Positions 25,125 to 32,000 of a stretch of 32,000 nucleotides of DNA are shown piece by piece. A program made the translations under genes and the position numbers. The DNA is taken from positions 510,001-542,000 of the forward strand of contig NC_015913.1 of the NCBI RefSeq assembly GCF_000270205.1, written 5' to 3'. The stretch is from Candidatus Arthromitus sp. SFB-mouse-Japan. Lineage in GTDB: Bacteria; Bacillota; Clostridia; Clostridiales; Clostridiaceae. A model generated the notes under the pieces. It made no database searches. It was not told the DNA's origin and saw only the letters and a program-made list of their open reading frames with translations. The first letter of the stretch is position 1. Every line of letters starts with the position of its first letter.

Positions 25125-28121
25125 TTGAATAGTAGGGTGAGTAGAAGTTTATTTATATTTTTTATGGTAGTTATTTATTGTTTTAATAGTGTTGTGACGG
25201 TATCGGCTATATCATTTTCAAAGAGTATAAATGGATATGATCTTTTGAGGGAAGAGTATGTTGAAACATTAAAATCAAAGGTTTTGTTATATGAACATAA
25301 AAAAAGCGGGGCTAAGATTATTCATATAAAAAATGATTCGAAATTAAAACTTTTTGATATAACGTTTAAAGTTCCTACAGTTAATAATAAAGGTACTAAT
25401 CATATTTTAGAGCATATATTTTTTTCAGGATCTGAGAAATATCCGATCAAAGATGTATTCCCTGCATTGTTTTATTTGAATAATTTGGAGTATATAAATG
25501 CAGCAACGGATACAAATTATGTTACATATTACGTATCTTCAAGGGATAATAACCAGTTAAAAACTATTATTGATTATTATTTAAGTGCTTTATTTTATCC
25601 AATTGTATATAAGGAAGAAAATATTTTTAAGCAAGAAGGATGGAGATTTGAGTTAGAAGAGATGAATTCTCCATTAAAGTTAACAGGTGTTGTTTTAAAT
25701 GAGATGAAGGGTTATGTTTTTAATAATGAATTTTATAAATCAATTGCAGCCGTAGACAGTTTATATAAGGGAGCTCCTGGATCATTTAATGGTGGTGGAG
25801 ATCCTTATGTTATACCAGAGTTAACTTTAGAAGAATTGTTAGAGTCGCATAAAAAATATTATGTTCCTTCAAATTGTTTGGTAATACTCTATGGTGACAT
25901 TGACACTAATGAGGTACTTAAGTTTATGGATAAAGAGCATTTAAGTTTGCACGATAGAAAAGAACAGATTCAAGAATATAATATCAGTGACAATTTAAGT
26001 GAGAAGGTTTATACAAATTTGAAATATCCTGTGCCAGAGAGGGAAAACAGGAACAATAAGCACATCTTTATTAATTCTTTTGCTACAGGAAGTATTAATG
26101 ATGTGAGAGAAAGCTTTGCTATTAAGTTTTTGGTTTCAATGATGGGTGCGGAATTTTCTGGAATAGAAAAGCGGTTTAATGAGATGAATATCGGAACGGA
26201 TTTTTCAATTGATTTTAGAAATGTTGGGTCGAAACAATCTTACGTAATGTTCTCTGCTAATTCGGAGCAAGAGTTTGGGGAAGAGTTTGAAAAATTTATT
26301 TATAGAGAACTTGAGAATTTTAGGGATAATATTTTAAATGAAGAGTACTTGGAGAATTATTATAATATAACGAGCAATATCATAAATAGGAAGATAACGG
26401 ATACGCCTGATAGTTTTGTTATGTGGAATGTGATAAATGCTTGGTCATCAGGTGGAGATATCATAGATAGTATTAGATTTTATGAGAACTTGGAGTATCT
26501 AAAAGAATATGGAGTAGAAGATTTTATTAACATAATTGATATGCATTTTATAAATAATAAGCATTCAGCTTTTGTAACACTTGAGCCTGATTTTGGAATA
26601 ATTGAAGAGAAGGAGAGAATCTTAAGAGAAGGTCTTAATAATTATAAGGAATCTATGAGTGAAAATGAAAAAGTTAATTTGATTAATGAAACAAATGATT
26701 TTAATTCATGGATTGAGCAAGAAGATTCTATGGTTGTACTTGAAAAGTTATCTAATCCATTTAAAAATGAACACAATAAGCTTGGTGACGCTAAGGTTCA
26801 AAGTAAGAATGGAATTTATGAATATGTTTGGGGAAAAATCGGTGAAAATGATTTTATAAATGTATCTCTTAACTTTGATTCGCGAACAGTTCCAAAGAGT
26901 AAGCTACATTATTTAGCTTTGTTTTCTGATTTGATGAAAGAAGGATTTGGTACTTATGATAAAACAAATATAGAATTGATGAGTGATATTAAACAAACAC
27001 TATTTAATCTTAATATAACATTAGAGGAAAATTTAAATTGTTTTGATGGGAATATTTATAATCCAACCTTTAGGATATCATTTGATACTACTAAAAATAA
27101 TTTAGATAGATCTGTAAAGTTATTAAATGAGTTTATAAACAACATAAATTTTAAAAATGTAGATTTATTACAAAATAATTTTAATAGATTGAAATTCTAC
27201 TATGAGTCAAATTTAATTAATCCTAGCATCGTTTATTATGAAATTGATGGATCAAATTATGATGGGGGAAAATATAAAAATTATGTGAAGGGATTGCCTT
27301 ATATAAAATTTTTAATCAATGTATTTGGGAAATATGGAGAGGATCACGATTTTATACATACTGTTAACAAGGAAATTCAAAATGTTAGTAATACGGTGTT
27401 TAATATAAACAATTTAAAAATCGGAGTTGTTTCTAATAATGAGAATTATAAGCTTGTTAAAAAGAATTTGGAGTCAAATTTATTACCTAATTTGAGGAAT
27501 AATACAAATAGGAAATATAAATATAAATTTGATGCAGTAAGGGAAAGAATATCAATAAAAGCTCCATCTCCAAATGTGACATTGTATGCATTATTAAATT
27601 TTAAGGCTAGTGGTAGAAATTATACACCTAAGTTCTTAGTTGCAGAGTCAGTTTTGGGTGAATATTTGTATAGGAATATGAGGGTTAAGAATGGTGCATA
27701 TCAGGTAAATTCTTTGGCTACAACTCAAGGAACATTTGCTGTTGTTGCAGGATTTTCTCCGGTATTGAAGGAACAAATAAAAGTTGTAAATAATATAGGT
27801 AATTATTTAAGTGAAATAGATATAACTGAATCATTACTTGAAAAATATAAGATAATAACTATTTCATCTCTTGCAAATACTTGCGATGAAATTGATAGAG
27901 CAAAAACAGAAGTACATAATTATTTGATAGGGATGACTAAGAAAGAATTTAAAAATATGATCGATGAGATTAAGTCAACAACGATTCAAGATATTAAAAG
28001 TATTGGGAAAACTATTTCAGATATTGGTTTTAATAAGATAGGTGTGTTTGGCAATATGAATATAATAGAAGATAGCAGCAAGAATTTCAGCAATATTTTT
28101 ACTTTACCACTTAAAGAATAG
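25125..28121 (+). CDS. M16 (pitrilysin/insulinase) family metallopeptidase, PreP-like M16C, with N-terminal signal/anchor
   Basis: Inverted zinc motif HILEH (GTNHILEHIFFSGSEKYP) and downstream GVVLNEMKG, typical of PreP-like enzymes. About 1000 aa. Hydrophobic N-terminus SLFIFFMVVIYCFNSVVTVSA. AAGGAGG RBS 8 nt before TTG 25125. Confidence 0.8.
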   Translation: MNSRVSRSLFIFFMVVIYCFNSVVTVSAISFSKSINGYDLLREEYVETLKSKVLLYEHKKSGAKIIHIKNDSKLKLFDITFKVPTVNNKGTNHILEHIFFSGSEKYPIKDVFPALFYLNNLEYINAATDTNYVTYYVSSRDNNQLKTIIDYYLSALFYPIVYKEENIFKQEGWRFELEEMNSPLKLTGVVLNEMKGYVFNNEFYKSIAAVDSLYKGAPGSFNGGGDPYVIPELTLEELLESHKKYYVPSNCLVILYGDIDTNEVLKFMDKEHLSLHDRKEQIQEYNISDNLSEKVYTNLKYPVPERENRNNKHIFINSFATGSINDVRESFAIKFLVSMMGAEFSGIEKRFNEMNIGTDFSIDFRNVGSKQSYVMFSANSEQEFGEEFEKFIYRELENFRDNILNEEYLENYYNITSNIINRKITDTPDSFVMWNVINAWSSGGDIIDSIRFYENLEYLKEYGVEDFINIIDMHFINNKHSAFVTLEPDFGIIEEKERILREGLNNYKESMSENEKVNLINETNDFNSWIEQEDSMVVLEKLSNPFKNEHNKLGDAKVQSKNGIYEYVWGKIGENDFINVSLNFDSRTVPKSKLHYLALFSDLMKEGFGTYDKTNIELMSDIKQTLFNLNITLEENLNCFDGNIYNPTFRISFDTTKNNLDRSVKLLNEFINNINFKNVDLLQNNFNRLKFYYESNLINPSIVYYEIDGSNYDGGKYKNYVKGLPYIKFLINVFGKYGEDHDFIHTVNKEIQNVSNTVFNINNLKIGVVSNNENYKLVKKNLESNLLPNLRNNTNRKYKYKFDAVRERISIKAPSPNVTLYALLNFKASGRNYTPKFLVAESVLGEYLYRNMRVKNGAYQVNSLATTQGTFAVVAGFSPVLKEQIKVVNNIGNYLSEIDITESLLEKYKIITISSLANTCDEIDRAKTEVHNYLIGMTKKEFKNMIDEIKSTTIQDIKSIGKTISDIGFNKIGVFGNMNIIEDSSKNFSNIFTLPLKE

Positions 28122-28125
28122 TTTA

Positions 28126-28163
28126 AGGGTGTATCAAATTTAATTTGATACACCTTTTATTTG
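28126..28163 (+). terminator. rho-independent terminator after the M16 peptidase gene
   Basis: Stem ggtgtatcaaatt / aatttgatacacc followed by ttttattt. Confidence 0.8.
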
Positions 28164-28177
28164 GTATCTGCTAAGTA

Positions 28178-28205
28178 ACAATTAATATTAAATTTTCATA
28201 TATTA
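28178..28205 (+). promoter_or_regulatory. possible mother-cell (sigma-K type) promoter for the CotS-family cluster
   Basis: AC (28178-28179), 17 nt, CATATATTA (28197-28205). This fits the remembered sigma-K pattern AC-N16/17-CATAnnnTA. It lies about 30 nt upstream of the first CotS-family start codon. By-eye match only. Confidence 0.35.
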
Positions 28206-28235
28206 ATATGTACTTAAATTATAGAGAGGCTATTC

Positions 28236-29240
28236 ATGGATCAATATATAAGTAGTTTGAAGAGGTTAGTAGAAGAAAATTATGACATAACAATATTTGA
28301 TATAATAAAATTCAAAAATATTTATAAGATATCGGCGGTTGAGGGAAATTTTTGTTTAAAGCAATGTAAATATAAATTTAGTAAATTCAAATATATATTG
28401 GATGTTTTGGATTATTTAAAAAAACAAGAATTTGATAATGTTTTGAGTATAATTGAAACGTATTCAGAGGGGAAATACATTGAGCTTAATGGTGTTTATT
28501 TTTATATGACCAAGTGGTTAGAAAGCCGTGAATTAAATTATAGCAATTATTATGATGTTATACGAGCATCACAAAATATTGCTAATTTTCATAATTACAC
28601 AAAAGGATATAAGCCGTCACAAAATATTTTGCCAGACTCTAGATGGATGAAGTGGATTGATCTTTTTAATTCTAAGCTTAGTGATATTATTTCATTTAAA
28701 GAGTTATTACAAGATAGAAATGATTTAAACACATTTGATAAAATTTATTTGGAAAATGTGAATAAAAATGTTGATTTAGCCAAGGAAAGTATTGAATTGT
28801 TGTATAAGTTTGAGTACGAAAAAATTATAAATGAGCATTCTAAACTGGGTTATATTTGTCATCATGATTTGGCAAATCATAATCTATTGATCGATTCAAA
28901 AGGGAAAATTTATTTTATAGATTTTGATTATGTAATTTTAGATACTTATCTTCATGATTTAGGAAGTTTTATTAATAGATGTTTGAAGCTCGGTAATTGG
29001 AATGAGCATAAATTTAATATGGTGATTAATTCCTATAGAGATGTTAAGTATTTACCTAGACGTGAAATTTTGCTTACACTTTCTTTTATATTGTTTCCAA
29101 ATGATTTTTGGCAAATAGGTATTCAGCGTTATAGAGAGAGTATTGGGTGGGATAATGAGAAATTTTTAAAACGTTTAAATAGATCTGAAAATGATAAAGA
29201 TGATAGGACGAATTTTATAAGAAGTATAATTTTTAAATAG
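28236..29240 (+). CDS. CotS family spore coat protein (kinase-like fold, catalytic motifs intact)
   Basis: ICHHDLANHNLLIDSKGKIYFIDFDY (HxDxxxxN plus DFD), N-lobe Lys context FCLKQ, and the family-typical C-terminus LFPNDFWQIGIQRY. Confidence 0.8.
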   Translation: MDQYISSLKRLVEENYDITIFDIIKFKNIYKISAVEGNFCLKQCKYKFSKFKYILDVLDYLKKQEFDNVLSIIETYSEGKYIELNGVYFYMTKWLESRELNYSNYYDVIRASQNIANFHNYTKGYKPSQNILPDSRWMKWIDLFNSKLSDIISFKELLQDRNDLNTFDKIYLENVNKNVDLAKESIELLYKFEYEKIINEHSKLGYICHHDLANHNLLIDSKGKIYFIDFDYVILDTYLHDLGSFINRCLKLGNWNEHKFNMVINSYRDVKYLPRREILLTLSFILFPNDFWQIGIQRYRESIGWDNEKFLKRLNRSENDKDDRTNFIRSIIFK

Positions 29241-29256
29241 TTTTGTAGGAGTTCTT

Positions 29257-29985
29257 ATGAGTTTGAAAAGTTTTGCTATCTCAAAAAAAATATATGAGTT
29301 TGAAGAATTTCAAAAAAATAGAGTGAAGGATTACACGGAAGGAGGTATTTTTGAGCATATTAATATACTTTCTGATTTACATGGACGTTTGAGGGGATGT
29401 CCAATACCTTTAACTAATTTGATTAATAAGATGGTAGAAAATTTTAAGATTTCAGAAATGTTTTTAAGTCAAGATATTGAGAGATATAGATTTAATTCAA
29501 GAAATGAATTTGAAGAAAATGTAGCACGATTTGGTGAAAAGATATTATATAGAATAAGGAAAATATTAGATATAATACATGAAAATAATTATGAAAACAT
29601 GATATTAAGAAGTATAAGAAATAAAGAAATTTGCGTTTATAATGTGAATATTAATGATTTTTGTGTTGATTCAGATTCTAAAATATATGTAAGAAATATT
29701 AATAATTTTTGTGAAAATATTTTAGAGTATGATTATGTGAAGTTTTTTACCAGATTGAAAAGATCAAATAGAAACATTGAATTTATTAAAATGTGTTCTT
29801 ATGTTTGTAGCAAAGAGAATTTTGGGATTAATAGTTATAATTTTATTTTGGCTTGCACGAGTTTTCCATATGAATTTGTAAAAGTTATATCAAGATATAG
29901 AGATTTAGGGCGTGAATTATCTGATTATTCTAGAGAGTGTGATTTTGGTGACGTCTTAATTAAGGATGGAGAGAGTCTTGTATGA
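29257..29985 (+). CDS. CotS-like C-lobe-only protein with degenerate catalytic motifs
   Basis: Collinear by eye with the C-terminal two thirds of the preceding ORF. ICVYNVNINDFCVDSDSKIYVRNINNF corresponds to ICHHDLANHNLLIDSKGKIYFIDFDYV, and SFPYEFVKVISRY to LFPNDFWQIGIQRY. AGGAG RBS present. Confidence 0.5.
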   Translation: MSLKSFAISKKIYEFEEFQKNRVKDYTEGGIFEHINILSDLHGRLRGCPIPLTNLINKMVENFKISEMFLSQDIERYRFNSRNEFEENVARFGEKILYRIRKILDIIHENNYENMILRSIRNKEICVYNVNINDFCVDSDSKIYVRNINNFCENILEYDYVKFFTRLKRSNRNIEFIKMCSYVCSKENFGINSYNFILACTSFPYEFVKVISRYRDLGRELSDYSRECDFGDVLIKDGESLV

Positions 29986-31028
29986 TTAATCAAGATATAG
30001 ATATTTTGGATTTAAATGAATATAATTTGTCTTATGATTTTTTAAATAGTGTTATAGGAATAGATGTGAATGAATGTTACCCGTATAAAAATGGATTTTT
30101 TATAATTGATCAAAATGGAAATAATTATTTGATATTTAAAATTTTGGAGAGGGATGTAGAAAAATATATTCAGATATTTGATGTTTTACAGAATATAAAT
30201 TCCATAAATAGATCAATTCAAGGTATGCATTTTTTTATGGGTAATAAATATTTTATAGATAAGTCCACAGGGCATTATTATGTTGTATTTAATTATCCCA
30301 ACGGGGAATATATTAAGTGGCTAGATTTTAATATTAATTCTATCAAAGATATTTTAATTAATTTTTACAATGGATCTCAGGATATTCTTAAAGATTTGTA
30401 TAATTTTAATTTAAAAGAAGATGTAAAGTTACTGACCATAGGTGATGAGGTAAAAGAAATAGATGAATATCTTTTAAACATACAAAACATAGAAATTTTC
30501 ATTTTGCATAAGTACAATAAGGATAGGTTTGATGATTTATTTCTTGAAAATAAAACTTACATGAAGGATGAGCTAATAAAAATTAGAAAGTTTTTCACTA
30601 GCTCTAAGTTTAAAAATTACGTTAGTAACCATAAAAATATAAGATTTATAAATGGAAATTTATCGAATAAGTCTTTTATATTTAATAATGATAGAAGTTA
30701 TATTATAAATTTTTATAATGCATCTATTGATTTATTTATTAAGGACATAGGTATTTTATCTGAGAAGGCAATATTCAATATTAATGTGGATGAGTTTAAA
30801 ACATTTATTATAAATTTTTTGAGTAACTTTGAAGGAAATATTAATGAACATATAGAGATGTTATTTAATTATATTAGACTTAATAATCGCATGTTTAAAT
30901 GGTTTAATACTCAATACAAAAACATTCATTATAGTGGTAGAAAAGTTGATTTAGATAGTAAGATATCAGAAATTTATATGTATAAACAAAATATTAACGA
31001 TTTTATAAATATATTATCCTTCACTTAG
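29982..31028 (+). CDS. CotS-like protein with degenerate catalytic motifs
   Basis: FINGNLSNKSFIFNNDRSYIINFYNASIDLFIKDIG aligns with the HxDxxxxN...IDFD...DL region of CotS-type kinases, but His and Asp are replaced by Asn. N-lobe-like YLIFKIL. The start overlaps the previous stop (ATGA). Confidence 0.5.
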   Translation: MINQDIDILDLNEYNLSYDFLNSVIGIDVNECYPYKNGFFIIDQNGNNYLIFKILERDVEKYIQIFDVLQNINSINRSIQGMHFFMGNKYFIDKSTGHYYVVFNYPNGEYIKWLDFNINSIKDILINFYNGSQDILKDLYNFNLKEDVKLLTIGDEVKEIDEYLLNIQNIEIFILHKYNKDRFDDLFLENKTYMKDELIKIRKFFTSSKFKNYVSNHKNIRFINGNLSNKSFIFNNDRSYIINFYNASIDLFIKDIGILSEKAIFNINVDEFKTFIINFLSNFEGNINEHIEMLFNYIRLNNRMFKWFNTQYKNIHYSGRKVDLDSKISEIYMYKQNINDFINILSFT

Positions 31029-31043
31029 TGTGAAGGTTTTTTT
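31018..31043 (+). terminator. rho-independent terminator after the CotS-family cluster
   Basis: Stem ccttcac / gtgaagg with the stop codon in the loop, followed by T7. Confidence 0.75.
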
Positions 31044-31504
31044 ATAGTTTGTTGTTATTTATAATGTGTTTTAATAGAGAATCGCATCCAGCTTTAACGA
31101 GTTCAAATGTTAAATCAAAATTTCTTGTATAATAAGGATCAGGAATAAATTTATGTGATGTATTTTCAATAAAATCTGTTAATTTATACACTTTTATATT
31201 AGGATTTATGTTCATGACATCATTCATATTTGAATCATCCATAACAATTATATAATCGTTTGTATTTAAATCTTTTTCTGTAAGTTTTTTTAGATACAAT
31301 GTTTGAAAAATCTATATTTAATTTTTTAAGGATTGTTTGAGTACCGTGATGAGGAGGATTTCCCACATTGTATCCAGATGTAGCCCTAGATGATACGTTA
31401 ATTTTATCACTAAGATTATTTTGTTTAATGATATGTCGCATATAGGCCTCACTCATTGGAGATCTGCAAATATTGCCCAAACATATGAATAAAATATTGA
31501 CCAA
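31042..31504 (-). pseudogene. low-molecular-weight protein-tyrosine phosphatase (YfkJ-like) interrupted by a +1 frameshift in an A7 run
   Basis: The N-terminal ORF carries the P-loop CLGNICRSP. The C-terminal ORF carries IVMDDSN and IPDPYY. The two frames meet at the T7 run at 31285-31291 (A7 on the coding strand), and removing one base gives a continuous 153-aa protein. Start is probably TTG 31504 (GAGGTGA upstream). Confidence 0.8.
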
Positions 31505-31654
31505 AGTAATCACCTCAAATATAATTTTCTTAAGATTATATCATAATATAATTATAAATAGATGTTGTTTTTATTGGTATATTTCGTATAAAATTAAGTA
31601 TAGACTCAAATACTAACTATTAAGATAATAATCAGTAGGGGTGAAATAAGAAGA

Positions 31655-32000
31655 ATGTACATATATTCACACTTAAACATAACAGATGTTTTAGAAATAA
31701 TTAGGAAAGTGAATCCCGTAAAGATATTAGACGTTAATGTTGGATTTGGACGTTGGGGCATCTTGTGTAGAGAATTATTAGAGAGAGACAATATGGGAAA
31801 GGTTCGAAGGCCTGACTTATGGAATATTAAGATAGACGGAATAGAAAATATCACTAGTTCTTGTATACAAACCTATCATGATATCTTTTATGATAATATA
31901 TATAGGCAAGATTTAGAGGGATTCTTTAAAAACCATTTAGCACTATATGATTTAACAATTTTTTCAAATGTATTGGAATATAGGTCAAGAGAAGAAAGTA
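31655..32000 (+). CDS. class I SAM-dependent methyltransferase, 5' part (runs off the right edge)
   Basis: My own translation from ATG 31655 is open to the window end: MYIYSHLNITDVLEIIRKVNPVKILDVNVGFGRWGILC...IDGIE...YDLTIFSNVLEY. It carries a motif I-like ILDVNVGFGRWG and a later fDlIi..vLEh-like motif. It is absent from the ORF track because no stop is reached. Confidence 0.6.
   Translation, partial: MYIYSHLNITDVLEIIRKVNPVKILDVNVGFGRWGILCRELLERDNMGKVRRPDLWNIKIDGIENITSSCIQTYHDIFYDNIYRQDLEGFFKNHLALYDLTIFSNVLEYRSREES

Overview
This is an AT-rich chromosomal segment (low GC judged by eye, not computed) from an endospore-forming Firmicute, probably Clostridia-like. Evidence for the spore-former call is an SspF-type SASP, CotS-family coat proteins and a YtxC-like protein. 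Most of the window is conserved housekeeping.

Gene order, left to right:
- 3' end of an unknown gene and a hypothetical protein
- two tandem hemerythrin/RIC (ScdA/YtfE-type) genes on the minus strand
- a coiled-coil M23 peptidase and ytxC-like
- a long plus-strand block: L20-leader, infC, rpmI, rplT, ktrB, ktrA, a TrmH-family methyltransferase, pheS, pheT, ldhA
- a roughly 4 kb accessory-looking block encoding only exported or membrane proteins: a DUF4214 protein, an Asn-rich small protein plus lipoprotein, a degenerate CPBP-like membrane protein, an orphan phiLC3-type holin and a small exported protein
- asd-dapA-dapB on the minus strand
- an SspF-like SASP and tRNA-Phe(GAA)
- dxs-dxr on the minus strand and a small secreted protein
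- a PreP-like M16 peptidase with an N-terminal signal/anchor
- three tandem CotS-family ORFs
- a frameshifted LMW protein-tyrosine phosphatase
- the 5' part of a SAM-methyltransferase running off the right edge (absent from the ORF track)

I saw no CRISPR array, IS element, integrase, prophage or recognisable defence or toxin system, and I do not see a convincing new multi-gene system.

The best leads are modest:
- the CotS triad, with one catalytically intact member and two apparently degenerate ones
- the orphan holin with its neighbours
- an orphan terminator-like perfect palindrome upstream of ric
- a homopolymer frameshift in the phosphatase
- probable non-canonical starts in infC and the SASP
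- strong terminators placed directly in front of ktrB and pheS, with little or no room for a promoter

All family assignments come from motif recognition by eye. No database search was run.
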